From Patescibacteria group bacterium (GTDB taxonomy: Bacteria > Patescibacteriota > Minisyncoccia > Phycocordibacterales > GCA-2747955), in contig JBLYPV010000001.1 of NCBI GenBank assembly GCA_048538215.1, positions 139,495-203,494 of the forward strand: a stretch of DNA of 64,000 nucleotides, given 5' to 3'. Positions 46,106 to 56,545 of the stretch are shown one piece after another. Position 1 is the first letter of the stretch. Each line of letters starts with the position of its first letter. The translations under genes and the position numbers were made by a program. Below the pieces are notes generated by a model. The model was not told the origin of the DNA. It saw nothing but the letters and a program-made list of their open reading frames with translations, and ran no database searches.

Positions 46106-47002
46106 TTATCTTGATTTTAGAAGATCTCTAAAACGAAATCGCTCCATTAAACGTAAGCCAAAAAATCGACCTATGTAGATATTAAGTGGAATCAATAACA
46201 ATATCATTTCGGGATAATTGATTAAAAAAATGCGAGCTGATTCCCACAGTAATAAGTAATACCCACCAATTCCTAATATAAGAGTAGTGAATACCGTATT
46301 CCATGCGTGTCCAGGATGAGAATCAAATTGCAGTCGTACAATCCGCTCTGACATAATAATCAAAAGCAAAACAGGAACTACTGATATTGATGATACAGGA
46401 ACAATCCCCCAGGCTGCAAAAGCAAAAAGTGCAAATAAGACAGCAATAGATACAAATAACATAGAGAGAGTAATTTTGGGTTGTTGCATAATTCGTACTT
46501 TACGAAATACCATACGAGCTACGATTGAAGCTATTAAAATTACTGCCAAGAGCAATACGCCAATTACTATATTTGATGCTAAAAGTGCAATAGAAAAAGA
46601 GATAACCACAAGTGTATCAAGGCTGGGTAAGCCAATTAAGTTTCTTGAAATAGTAACCAGTGTGGCAAGTACGGGTATCATCATAGTAAGCACAAGGGTC
46701 TCTACAGGAATCCCATACTCTACAGCTTGCGAAAGTCCATAGGTAAAAAAATTAGTAAATTTTAGTGTACTAACATCACGAGTAAATACTTCTTCGCTAC
46801 TTTTTTCTCCAGGAACAAGAAGTGGTTCGTGCTCAGTAAATCCAGGAAGCGTCCAAATAGATGTAAAGCCACTGTTTGTAACTTTTGCATCTGAATCCGC
46901 CTGTGCTAATAATACACTTGGGCTTGATAATAAAACTAATACTACAAGCACATAAAGTTTATTCATGTCCCCTATTGTAAAAAAAGAAAACCCACTAGCC
47001 AA
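46106..47002 (-). CDS. Secreted-N-terminus 7TM membrane protein (7TM_transglut-like, without a transglutaminase domain)
   Basis: A signal peptide and a ~90-aa extracytoplasmic segment are followed by ~7 hydrophobic helices. It lies 4 nt upstream of, and co-directional with, the ATP-grasp-protease gene. Confidence 0.6.
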   Translation of the reverse strand: MASGFSFFTIGDMNKLYVLVVLVLLSSPSVLLAQADSDAKVTNSGFTSIWTLPGFTEHEPLLVPGEKSSEEVFTRDVSTLKFTNFFTYGLSQAVEYGIPVETLVLTMMIPVLATLVTISRNLIGLPSLDTLVVISFSIALLASNIVIGVLLLAVILIASIVARMVFRKVRIMQQPKITLSMLFVSIAVLFALFAFAAWGIVPVSSISVVPVLLLIIMSERIVRLQFDSHPGHAWNTVFTTLILGIGGYYLLLWESARIFLINYPEMILLLIPLNIYIGRFFGLRLMERFRFRDLLKSR

Positions 47003-47044
47003 GTGGGTGTTTCTTGCGTATTTTTTTAGATATGATAGCTCATA

Positions 47045-47488
47045 CTACTGTTCTCGTAATATTTTTTCTGCACCGAGAACCACCATTTTAGCAATCTCAT
47101 CTTGCGAAGAGTGCACAAGCTTTTCTTTAAGGTGCTCCCCTTTGTGCTCTGCTTCTTTAAGAATCTCTTCAGCCCGTGTATTTGCTCCCATAATAATATC
47201 AGCTTCTCTTTTCTTGGCCGTATCGACTGCTTGTTTTATCTCTTGGCTAGCCTCCTCCCCTGCTTTTTGCAGTATATCCATTTTCTCTGCCTCAGCTTTT
47301 TCTAAAGTGGCTTGAGCTTGCTCGGCATTCTCTACTCCTTCCCTGATAGTCTCTGAGCGCTCATCGAGTAATTGTGATATCTTACGGAAAATAAAATAAT
47401 ATAAAATTCCTAAAATAATCAAAAAATTAATAATTTCAGCAATAAATATTTTTGGGTCTAATCCGAATTGTCCTATAATTTCTTGCAT
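47045..47488 (-). CDS. atpF: F-type ATP synthase subunit b
   Basis: An N-terminal TM helix is followed by a long charged Ala/Glu/Lys-rich helix. It lies downstream of atpE. Confidence 0.8.
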   Translation of the reverse strand: MQEIIGQFGLDPKIFIAEIINFLIILGILYYFIFRKISQLLDERSETIREGVENAEQAQATLEKAEAEKMDILQKAGEEASQEIKQAVDTAKKREADIIMGANTRAEEILKEAEHKGEHLKEKLVHSSQDEIAKMVVLGAEKILREQ

Positions 47489-47505
47489 AGAATTTGCAAT
47501 TTATC

Positions 47506-47709
47506 TTACAGTACAAAAAATAGTCCGATAGCGGCAAGTCCAAAAAGCTCTACCATACCTGCCCCAACAAACATAAAAGGAATTATTTTCCCGCTTGCTT
47601 CTGGATTGCGAGCTATCCCCTCGAGTGACTTTGAAAAAATCATAGCTACTCCGATAGCGGGCCCTAATACACCAAATCCTACTATAATTGCTTGTGCCAA
47701 TGTTTCCAT
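47506..47709 (-). CDS. atpE: F-type ATP synthase subunit c
   Basis: It is a 67-aa two-helix hairpin. 'ARNPE' forms the polar loop and the conserved carboxylate is in 'GMVELFGL'. Confidence 0.8.
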   Translation of the reverse strand: METLAQAIIVGFGVLGPAIGVAMIFSKSLEGIARNPEASGKIIPFMFVGAGMVELFGLAAIGLFFVL

Positions 47710-47851
47710 ATCTATATCGTTTACATATTTAATAATACCAAGCTATTGTAGCAAACGAGGGCGAAGTTTCAAACACAAAAGTGAGAATTCCTAGGCCTTC
47801 ATTAAACAATACGAAGGGTTTATGATTTTGATTGTACTCTCTCATTTACCT

Positions 47852-48709
47852 CTAGTGAGGCTCATCTGTAGCGAGCTTGACATAGATAATAGTAAGTAGA
47901 GCAAAGATACCCGCTTGCAGAAATGCCACGAAAATTTCAAACAGAATAAGTGGTACAGGAAGAATAAAGTGTACTGTGTGTGATACGAGCAATAGCAAAA
48001 TTCCTCCCACCAAAATATTTCCAAAAAGTCGGAATGAGAGAGATACAAGCTTAGCTGCCTCAGATACAAGCTCAATAAGCCCTAGTGGTATAGAAAGTGG
48101 CTTTCTAATATTGATAAACTTACTTCCATAGCGAAACAAGCCGAGCACAAAAATACCCGTAATTTGCACAAAAATAAACGCCGTCAGTGCCAAGGCGATG
48201 GTCATATTCAAATCCGAATGCAGTGGCTTAAATAAGAGCTCATCATTGAATGTGATTGATTCTGATCCTGGGATAAATTTTATAAGATTAAAAAATACTA
48301 TAAAGATAAAAAGTGATGCTACCAAAGGAAATGTTTTCTTAGAAATAGCCTCATTTTCTATAATTGAATTTGTAAATTCGTATCCTTTTTCTACTAGTAG
48401 CTCAAAAAGGGATTGTATTCTACTGGGAATAGTCTTGATCCGTAATGAAAAAATCAATACAAATATAACTAAAATCAAACTACCTACCAAAGAAGTGATC
48501 ATCGAATTGGTAATTGGAAAATTACCTATCATTCCAAAGTGCTGCGCCTTTAATGCTACCTCAAATTCTGAATGATCCGCATCTTGATTTATGTGTACAC
48601 TGCTTGTTGCTATGCTCTCGCCTTGGCTATCTTCTGTAGATTCCGGATCAAAAAGCGTAGTATTCAATACTCCTTCACCAGAATTTGTAGCTATACTTGT
48701 ACTAATCAT
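47852..48709 (-). CDS. atpB: F-type ATP synthase subunit a
   Basis: 'LSFRLFGNILVG' is the essential Arg motif. The protein is polytopic. Confidence 0.85.
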   Translation of the reverse strand: MISTSIATNSGEGVLNTTLFDPESTEDSQGESIATSSVHINQDADHSEFEVALKAQHFGMIGNFPITNSMITSLVGSLILVIFVLIFSLRIKTIPSRIQSLFELLVEKGYEFTNSIIENEAISKKTFPLVASLFIFIVFFNLIKFIPGSESITFNDELLFKPLHSDLNMTIALALTAFIFVQITGIFVLGLFRYGSKFINIRKPLSIPLGLIELVSEAAKLVSLSFRLFGNILVGGILLLLVSHTVHFILPVPLILFEIFVAFLQAGIFALLTIIYVKLATDEPH

Positions 48710-48751
48710 ATCACGCGCTATTGTATCACAATCACTTTCCCCTTAAAGCTA

Positions 48752-49906
48752 TTAAAATTCACGTAGGCGATCTGAATCACTACTTTGGCGAATTCGTTCG
48801 TGTGCCTTTGCCTCAATTTGACGAATACGTTCACGAGTCACGCCGAATTCCCTCCCCACTTCTTCAAGAGTGTGAAATATTCCATCTTCCAAGCCATGTC
48901 TCATCTCAAGAATTTTCCGCTCTTTATCAGATAAAGTATCCAATACTTCCAAAATTTGTTTTCTCAAAAGCTTTTGATCTGCTTCCTCCTCAGGTGAGAG
49001 CAAGCGATCCCCCGCTGAAGATTCATTGGAGATAAAATCACCAAGGGTAGACTTACCCTCTTCATTATCATTAGCTACTGGAGTTTCCAGTGACACGGTG
49101 ACCTGATCGATCTGCATAATATGGTGCACTTTGTCTAAATCAAGCTCCATTTCCTCAGCAATTTCTTCTGGCATCGGTGATCGCCCCAAGTGCTGTGAAA
49201 GTTGGCGTACAATCTGCTTGTATTTGGTAATAGTCTCCACCATATGTACGGGAATACGAATAGTCTTTGATTGATCAGCGAGGGCTCGAGTGACTGCCTG
49301 ACGAATCCACCAGGTAGCGTAGGTAGAAAATTTGTATCCTTTTTCCCATTCAAACTTATCCACCGCCTTAAACAAGCCGATATTCCCCTCCTGAATTAAA
49401 TCTAAAAGAGTCAGATCGGGCGAGCGCCCAACATACTTTTTTGCAATTGATACTACTAATCGTAAATTTGCTCGAGCAAGCTCATTTTTTGCTTCCTCGT
49501 CTCCTTTTTCAATTCGCTTAGCTAGCTCCACCTCTTTCTTTGCATCAATCAAATCGTACTTCCCTATCTCTTTGAGATACATTTGCACCGAATCATATTT
49601 CTTGTCTTTGTTTTTTTCTTCCTCTTGAGCTTCAGCTGCTGCCATATCCAAGAGACCACCACCTGTTTCTAGTATTTCGGTGAGAGTATCTGAGTATCCC
49701 TCTTCCTCGAGCTCTTCTTCTAAGTCTTCTAAATCTTCTAAATCCGGCTCTTCTTTATCAAACATATCCTCATCAGACACTATTTCATCATCTTTCTTGT
49801 CTTCGTCTACTGTCGGGATATTCTTTTTCTTTGTACTTTCTTTTTGTAAAGCTTTACTTTTAGTTTTATTTGCCGTGGTCGTCTTTTTTGTTTGTTTTAT
49901 TGCCAT
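48752..49906 (-). CDS. rpoD: RNA polymerase sigma-70 factor RpoD with an acidic N-terminus
   Basis: '[40 protein letters not shown]' is region 2 and '[22 protein letters not shown]' is region 4.2. Confidence 0.9.
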   Translation of the reverse strand: MAIKQTKKTTTANKTKSKALQKESTKKKNIPTVDEDKKDDEIVSDEDMFDKEEPDLEDLEDLEEELEEEGYSDTLTEILETGGGLLDMAAAEAQEEEKNKDKKYDSVQMYLKEIGKYDLIDAKKEVELAKRIEKGDEEAKNELARANLRLVVSIAKKYVGRSPDLTLLDLIQEGNIGLFKAVDKFEWEKGYKFSTYATWWIRQAVTRALADQSKTIRIPVHMVETITKYKQIVRQLSQHLGRSPMPEEIAEEMELDLDKVHHIMQIDQVTVSLETPVANDNEEGKSTLGDFISNESSAGDRLLSPEEEADQKLLRKQILEVLDTLSDKERKILEMRHGLEDGIFHTLEEVGREFGVTRERIRQIEAKAHERIRQSSDSDRLREF

Positions 49907-51617
49907 ATTGGGTAAGAGTTTGTTGTAATTGTTGTAAAAATGTTATGGCCTTTTCTTCATCGCCACGGGCTTTCGCCTGGCGATATTGTTGCATCAATGA
50001 TTGTTGATGTTCTTTAAAACGATATGTAGACAAATGCTCCAATAGCTCAGTGATGTCATTTTTGAGTATTATACTTGTTTCGTAAAGCTTTTCAAGTTTA
50101 AAGAGCTCCGCTTCAAGATGTTCTAAATGTGATAGCTCCTCAAGGGCCGACTCTAGAGACACTCTTGTGTCCTCATCAATTTGAGCATAAATATCCATCT
50201 CAATATCAATCATTCGTTTTGGAATCGAGAGTGTCTTTTGCCAGTGAGTAATAAGAGCCAGTCGCCTAAGAGGAGTGTGCCCTGGCTCTATAAGCGAAGT
50301 GGGTGCTCTTTCTTCTCTTTGATTGGCAGGTAGAGCTTGAGCTTTCGATCGCTTCGTGCCATATTTGCCAAGCTCCATTCGTAGGGCATCAGAGCTTAGG
50401 TGGAGCTTTTGGGCAACATACTGGAGATATCTGTCTTGCTCGATAGCATTACCATGATGAGCAAGTAATGGGAAAATAGTATCTTCGATAGCTTTATTCC
50501 GCTCACGCTCTTTCATACCTGTATGCACTATGTGGTGCACCCAATACTCAAACACGTCCTTAGATTCTCTAATAATCCGCTTGTATTCTTCTTTGTCTTT
50601 TACAATGATATCAGCAGGGTCTAGGCCTTGGGGTAAACTAGCAATTTTCACTTCAAAATTTAGCTCAAGAGCGAGCAGTGATGCACGAAAGGCCGCCCGA
50701 ATTCCTGCTTCATCACTATCAAAGACAAAAATAAGCCTATCGGCAAATCTGCGAATAAGAGACAGGTGATCTTTTGAAAGAGCAGTTCCTGAAGTAGCAA
50801 GCGTATTGGGAAATACTGATTGCCCCATTACTAAATCTACCTGTCCCTCTACTATGATAGCGAAGTTATTCTTACGAATTGCATGCTTGGCAGTATCGAT
50901 ACCATATAGCTCCTTAGATTTATTAAAGATAGCTGTTTCTGGCGAATTAAGATACTTAGCACTTTGATCGTCACTACCTATATATCGCCCCGATACTGCT
51001 ACTACCTTGCCACTCATATTCCTAAGCGGAAAAATAATCCTTTCACGAAAGCGATCATAATAATTTCCTTGATCTCCTTTTTTGATTAGCCCTACTTTTT
51101 CAATTATTTTTTTATCAATTCCTTTTTTTGACAAAAAGGTTTCCAAATGATTCCATCCCGCTGGAGCATAGCCAATTTGATAATCAATAATTTGCTGTTT
51201 GGTAAATCCTCGCTTTTTTAGATAATCTAAGGCTTCAGAGTGCGTAGCAAGCTCTTTTTGCCAATACCATCGTGCCCACTCCATAATGGCATAGTAATTG
51301 TCTTTACTATCACGAGAAGCTTGTTTGGAATATTCTTTTTGCTCAAGGGGTATTCCGAGCTCCTCAGAAAATTTTTTTAATACTTCAAGAAACTCCATCC
51401 CCTCCATTGCTTGAACAAAGCTAAATATATCTCCCCCTTCTCCACAGCCAAAACATTTATAGCTTCCCCTTTCAGGAGATACAAAAAAAGATGGGGTCTT
51501 TTCTGAGTGAAAAGGGCAAAGCCCAGAATAATTTATCCCAGCTTTTTTGAGCTCTACATATCGCCCGACCACTTCTTCGATAGCCAAAGCTTCTTTTATA
51601 CGCTCTACATCTTGCAT
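49866..51617 (-). CDS. dnaG: DNA primase
   Basis: '[11 protein letters not shown]...CFGCGEGGD' is the zinc finger. A Toprim 'EGQVDLV...FDSDEAG' is present. It forms a dnaG-rpoD pair. Confidence 0.9.
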   Translation of the reverse strand: MQDVERIKEALAIEEVVGRYVELKKAGINYSGLCPFHSEKTPSFFVSPERGSYKCFGCGEGGDIFSFVQAMEGMEFLEVLKKFSEELGIPLEQKEYSKQASRDSKDNYYAIMEWARWYWQKELATHSEALDYLKKRGFTKQQIIDYQIGYAPAGWNHLETFLSKKGIDKKIIEKVGLIKKGDQGNYYDRFRERIIFPLRNMSGKVVAVSGRYIGSDDQSAKYLNSPETAIFNKSKELYGIDTAKHAIRKNNFAIIVEGQVDLVMGQSVFPNTLATSGTALSKDHLSLIRRFADRLIFVFDSDEAGIRAAFRASLLALELNFEVKIASLPQGLDPADIIVKDKEEYKRIIRESKDVFEYWVHHIVHTGMKERERNKAIEDTIFPLLAHHGNAIEQDRYLQYVAQKLHLSSDALRMELGKYGTKRSKAQALPANQREERAPTSLIEPGHTPLRRLALITHWQKTLSIPKRMIDIEMDIYAQIDEDTRVSLESALEELSHLEHLEAELFKLEKLYETSIILKNDITELLEHLSTYRFKEHQQSLMQQYRQAKARGDEEKAITFLQQLQQTLTQYGNKTNKKDDHGK

Positions 51618-51638
51618 AACTATGCCTAGTATAGCCCC

Positions 51639-52721
51639 TTAGAGTTTAGCGTCAAATGTATCAATTACTTGTGATCCAGAACGAATATAGATAGTGAGCG
51701 ATTCTTCACCTTCTAAATATGAGGGAATATCGAGTGTGCGCTCACCCATTCCTGCGATAGCAGATCCTAAATAGTGTCGGCGATTATTTGAATCAATGGC
51801 CTCAATATATACAACTGCATTTGGATTAATTGCTCTTGTGTTCCAGCGAGCGGTAATTTGCCCAAGGGAGGCCGAAGGAATACCTGCTGAGAGTGCATTA
51901 GAAGAAAATCCATAATTATTGGTCGGTGTATATGAATTATATGCTGAATAAGAATTAGTGTAGCTGAAATTACTCGAGCCATAGCTTGTATACGGATTGT
52001 TCGAATAAGAATTTAGCGATGGTGACCGATCGTTGTATGTACTTAATGCTGAGCCACTACTAGCTCCTCGTGAAGAATAGTTTCCAGGTGTATAGCTTGA
52101 GCTAAAATTAGTATAGGAGCCCAAGGAATTATAATCGCGATTATTTGTAGTATATGAAGATCCAGATAGACTAGTATTACTTGAAGAGTACGAAGTATTA
52201 TTTTGAGTATTTGAGCTCGTAGTATTAGTAGTCCAAAGATTAGAGTGATCAGCAAAGGGATCGACCCCTAAATTACTAATTTGAGCAGCTAGACTATCAA
52301 AAAGGAATGTGCGTACTACTAGGCTTGAAAGCTCCTTTGTCTGCTTATGGGTAATCAACTCATCAAAAGTAAAGCTTGTATCGAGAAATTGTATATGAGG
52401 AATATCGATGAGGGTATCACGGCCATAGCGACACTTTTTTGTATCTTCAATTATAAGAGTATTATCCCCCTTCTTGCTAATATTAAATTCGTTAACATCA
52501 GCAAAATACTTTACCGTATCTCCATGATTGCTTTGAGTATAGCGCTTGTTGCCATCACCGCAGTGTCCAATACGAGCAGATGCAAAGCCGGTACTTGATA
52601 TAAACAATATTATTACCAGGGCTATAGAGCGTTTCATACTAATCATTATATCATCCGTCTCCATTTCAAGCACCTTTGTTGTACACAAAATAAGCTTTTT
52701 ACTCAATGAAATAGATGCCAA
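51639..52721 (-). CDS. Secreted protein with a long Ser/Tyr/Asn/Thr-rich low-complexity region (probable start at the internal 'MKRSIALVIILF', ~52637)
   Basis: It has a signal peptide. A structured N-terminal ~120 aa is followed by ~150 aa of 'SSNTSLSGSSYTTNN...YSNNPYTSYGSSNFSYTNSYSAYNSYTPTNNYG', and then a structured C-terminus. Confidence 0.55.
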   Translation of the reverse strand: MASISLSKKLILCTTKVLEMETDDIMISMKRSIALVIILFISSTGFASARIGHCGDGNKRYTQSNHGDTVKYFADVNEFNISKKGDNTLIIEDTKKCRYGRDTLIDIPHIQFLDTSFTFDELITHKQTKELSSLVVRTFLFDSLAAQISNLGVDPFADHSNLWTTNTTSSNTQNNTSYSSSNTSLSGSSYTTNNRDYNSLGSYTNFSSSYTPGNYSSRGASSGSALSTYNDRSPSLNSYSNNPYTSYGSSNFSYTNSYSAYNSYTPTNNYGFSSNALSAGIPSASLGQITARWNTRAINPNAVVYIEAIDSNNRRHYLGSAIAGMGERTLDIPSYLEGEESLTIYIRSGSQVIDTFDAKL

Positions 52722-52745
52722 TAATAGACAAAAGCCCCGAAGGGC

Positions 52746-52773
52746 TTTTGTCTATTATTGAATAATTTTTGAA
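52746..52773. terminator. Hairpin agacaaaagccc-cgaa-gggcttttgtct downstream of rpoC
   Basis: A perfect 12-bp stem containing A/T runs lies 20 nt after the rpoC stop. Confidence 0.6.
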
Positions 52774-52792
52774 ATTAAACCTACGATTTTAT

Positions 52793-55700
52793 CTATCCTA
52801 TCTCGGAATCCTCACTTACTCGGGCAGCTTCTCGTTCAGCTTCAAGCGCCTCTTCCTCTGCTCTTCGAGCTTCTTCTTCTTGTGCAACTTCTTCTTGCAC
52901 TCGGGCAATCATCTTATACTTTTGAGATTCACTATGCCCTGATCCAGCAGGGATGAGTCGTCCAATGATTACATTTTCTTTCAATCCCTTAAGGTGATCC
53001 TTTGCTCCCTTAAGTGAGCTGTCAATTAAGATACGCACCGTGTGCTGGAACGATGCAGCCGAAAGGAAAGAATCTCGAGAAAGTGACACCTCCGTAATTC
53101 CTAAAACCATTAGATTTGCCTTGGCTTGCGTCTTCCCCTCTTTCTTCAAAAGAGCGTTGACTTCATTAAGCGTAGAATTTTCTACCACTTCACCAACGAT
53201 AAAGCTACTGTCACCGATTTCACTAATACGTGAGCGAGAAAACATTTGCTTAATTACCACCTCGATATGCTTTCGCGATACAGATGATCCTTGTAGCTCA
53301 TAAATTGCCACCGTCTCAGCAATAATGTAATTTTCTGTGGTTTGACGACCTGCAAGCTCTAAAAGCTCCTCCAGATTAGCAGAACCATCTGTCATAAAAT
53401 CTCCTCTTTTGAGCTTATCACCTATTTCTACAGTAGGTGTACGCAAGAATGGTATTTTATATACAGTTTCTTGTGATCCTTTCGATGTGCCACTTGGCTC
53501 TTCCAAGACTGTTATGAGCTTTTTAGTACCGTCATCTTCAATAGCAATGATCTCCCCATCTGCTTTAGCCAGGACTGCTGGTACTTTTGGCTTGCGTCGC
53601 TCAAAAATTTCTTCTACACGGGGCAATCCTTGAGTAATGTCCCCAGCTTGTGAAGCAGCTCCAGCTGCATGGAAGGTACGCATAGTCAGCTGAGTACCTG
53701 GCTCTCCAATTGCCTGGGCTGCGATAGTACCCACCGTCTCTCCCATATCAACAATCTGATCGCTTCCCATATCCATTCCATAACACTTCTGACATACACC
53801 ATTGAGCGTCTTACAAGTAATTGGTGAAAATACTTTCACTAATTCAATATGATCGAGAGCCTCAATATCCATAGCATCTTTAATGGTCACAAAGTGTCCA
53901 GCTTCATAGAGCATTTTGCCTTTCGGTCCGGTAATTGCCTCTGCAAGATGTCGACCACGAATATTTTTGGATAGTGGAATCTGGATACCAGATGTTGTGC
54001 GAGCAATTGTAATAGAATCTTTTGTTTTACAATCTTTTTCGCGAACAATCATATCTTGACACACATCGAAGAGTCGCCGGGTCAAATATCCAGCCTTAGC
54101 AGTATTAAGCGCCGTATCTGCCAAACCTTTGCGTGATCCATGAGTAGTAATAAAGTATTCAATTGGATCAAGCCCTTCTTTGGTAGATGATTTAACAGGA
54201 AACTCAATCGACTCATTAGTCACATCATTTACAATTCCTTTCATACCTGCCATCGTAGAGAGATTTCCTTTTGATCCACGAGCGCCAGAATTAGTCATAT
54301 CTGATACTGATGAATTCTCATTCATTGCCTTAGGAATTGCATCCTCCACTTGTGATTTTATATCCATCCAAATTTCCACATTCTTTCTTCGTCGTTCTGC
54401 TTGGGAAATCAATCCTGTCTCATATTGCCCCCACACTTCCTTGACTCGCTTATTCCCTTCTTCAATCAAGCCAGCTTTAGACTCTGGGATGACTACATCA
54501 TCATTCGACCATGTAATACCAGAAACGGTAGCATATTTAAATCCAAAATTCTTAATTGAATCAAGGATTTTTGGTATTTTTGCAATCCCATAGAAGGCAA
54601 TTAGCTCATTTTCAAGCTTTCCAATTCCTTTTTTATCCATTAAGCCATTCACAAATGGATAGTCGCTTGGTAGATAAGAATTAAAGAGCAATCGGCCAAC
54701 AGTCGTTTCAAATACTTGTCCATCATAAGAGCTATATTTTGGAGTGTCTGTGCCGAGCACTTTGATTTTTGCTCTAAAATCAGTAATACCATAATCCCAT
54801 GAATTAATAGCATCATTGGGTGAAGAAAAACATTTTCCTTCCCCTTTCGCACCACTAATCATTTTTGTTGCCCAGTAAGTACCTAGGACAATATCCAGCT
54901 TGCTATTGACAATGAGCTCACCATTACCTGGCTTAAGCACATTCTTATCACTTGCCATAATTTCTCGTGCTTCTGCTTGTGCCTCAGCTGAAAGTGGTAA
55001 GTGAACGGCCATAGTGTCACCATCAAAGTCAGCATTAAAGGCTGCACAAACTGAGGGATGAATCTGAATTGACTTTCCTTCAGCTAGCTGTGGACGAAAG
55101 GCCTGGAGTCCTAATTTGTGCAATGTCGGAGCTCGGTTGAGCATGACATACTTCCCTTCCATCACCTCTTCGAGAAGGGCCCATACATAATCCTCACCCT
55201 CATCTATCAAACGATTAGCAAGCTTGATATTATGAGCGTATTCTTGCTCGAGAAGCTTTGATACTACAAATGGACGGAAAAGCTCGAGTGCCATCTTTTT
55301 GGGCAATCCACACTCATCCATATCAAGCTCAGGGCCCACCACAATTACTGAACGACCAGAATAATCTACTCGTTTACCAAGCAAATTCTGTCGAAATATT
55401 CCCGACTTTCCTTTTAGATTTTCAGATAGCGATTTGAGTGGTCGCTTTTGTGCCGATGAAAGAGCTTGTGAGCCACCGGATCGCATATTATTGTCAATGA
55501 GAGCATCAATGGCTTCTTGGAGAATTCGTTTTTCATTTCGTAAAATTACATCAGGTGCCCCTATGTTCATCAGCTTTTTGAGTCGATTGTTACGGTTAAT
55601 AACACGACGATAGAGATCATTAACATCAGAAGTAGCATGTCTTCCACCTCCTAGAGGTACCATTGGGCGTAGAGCTGGTGGCGTAATCGGCAAGTGAGTA

Positions 55701-56545
55701 AGAAACATCCATTCTGGGCGCAAATTTGCAGCAATAAGCTGAGTAAGTAGATTGATGCGCTTGACAAGCTTTGGTCTCTCCACGGCACTGGCGTCGGGAA
55801 GTCGTTTTTCTAATTGCTTAAGCAATTTAGGCATATTAATTTCTTTGACTAAATTATATACTGCCTCCGCTCCAATCCCAGATTTGAAAAGGCCTGGATA
55901 TTTTACTTCGTATCTGGAATGAGTAATTTCATCCAATACATCTCCCTCTCGCAAGCCGGTAACCTCTTTTTTTACCTTAGTCAAAAGCTCTTTCAAATTA
56001 TCAATATCGGAATCTTTTTCAAGCTGTTTAACTTTATCTTTATATTCCTTATCAAGCTTTGCAAGGATATTTTTCCGTTCATCTTCATTAATATTATGTA
56101 CGATATATCCGCCAAAATATACTACTTTTTCGAGCTCAGAGGCTTGAATACCCATAATCAATCCTATTCGAGATGGGATTGATCGTAAGTACCAAATATG
56201 TGATACAGGGCTTGCAAGCTCAATATGCCCCATACGAGACCGGCGCACTACTGAACGAGTGATTTCTACTCCACATTTTTCGCATACTATACCACGATAG
56301 CGTACCCCTTTATACTTACCACAATAACACTCATAATCCTTTTCTGGGCCAAAAATTTTTTCATCAAAAAGTCCGCCCTTTTCTGATCGTTGTGTACGAT
56401 AATTGATCGTTTCAGGACGAGTGACTTCTCCATATGACCACGAAAGAATATCCTCAGGTGAAGCGAGCTTTAATTGTACTGTATCGAAGTTCTGCATTTT
56501 ATTTTGTTGACTCATAGTATATTCTGATTTAGTTGGCGTGTTCAC
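52793..56545 (-). CDS. rpoC: DNA-directed RNA polymerase subunit beta'
   Basis: 'NADFDGDTMAVHLPLS' is the catalytic motif. Zn-finger Cys residues are present near the N-terminus. The ORF is 1250 aa. Confidence 0.97.
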   Translation of the reverse strand: MNTPTKSEYTMSQQNKMQNFDTVQLKLASPEDILSWSYGEVTRPETINYRTQRSEKGGLFDEKIFGPEKDYECYCGKYKGVRYRGIVCEKCGVEITRSVVRRSRMGHIELASPVSHIWYLRSIPSRIGLIMGIQASELEKVVYFGGYIVHNINEDERKNILAKLDKEYKDKVKQLEKDSDIDNLKELLTKVKKEVTGLREGDVLDEITHSRYEVKYPGLFKSGIGAEAVYNLVKEINMPKLLKQLEKRLPDASAVERPKLVKRINLLTQLIAANLRPEWMFLTHLPITPPALRPMVPLGGGRHATSDVNDLYRRVINRNNRLKKLMNIGAPDVILRNEKRILQEAIDALIDNNMRSGGSQALSSAQKRPLKSLSENLKGKSGIFRQNLLGKRVDYSGRSVIVVGPELDMDECGLPKKMALELFRPFVVSKLLEQEYAHNIKLANRLIDEGEDYVWALLEEVMEGKYVMLNRAPTLHKLGLQAFRPQLAEGKSIQIHPSVCAAFNADFDGDTMAVHLPLSAEAQAEAREIMASDKNVLKPGNGELIVNSKLDIVLGTYWATKMISGAKGEGKCFSSPNDAINSWDYGITDFRAKIKVLGTDTPKYSSYDGQVFETTVGRLLFNSYLPSDYPFVNGLMDKKGIGKLENELIAFYGIAKIPKILDSIKNFGFKYATVSGITWSNDDVVIPESKAGLIEEGNKRVKEVWGQYETGLISQAERRRKNVEIWMDIKSQVEDAIPKAMNENSSVSDMTNSGARGSKGNLSTMAGMKGIVNDVTNESIEFPVKSSTKEGLDPIEYFITTHGSRKGLADTALNTAKAGYLTRRLFDVCQDMIVREKDCKTKDSITIARTTSGIQIPLSKNIRGRHLAEAITGPKGKMLYEAGHFVTIKDAMDIEALDHIELVKVFSPITCKTLNGVCQKCYGMDMGSDQIVDMGETVGTIAAQAIGEPGTQLTMRTFHAAGAASQAGDITQGLPRVEEIFERRKPKVPAVLAKADGEIIAIEDDGTKKLITVLEEPSGTSKGSQETVYKIPFLRTPTVEIGDKLKRGDFMTDGSANLEELLELAGRQTTENYIIAETVAIYELQGSSVSRKHIEVVIKQMFSRSRISEIGDSSFIVGEVVENSTLNEVNALLKKEGKTQAKANLMVLGITEVSLSRDSFLSAASFQHTVRILIDSSLKGAKDHLKGLKENVIIGRLIPAGSGHSESQKYKMIARVQEEVAQEEEARRAEEEALEAEREAARVSEDSEIG

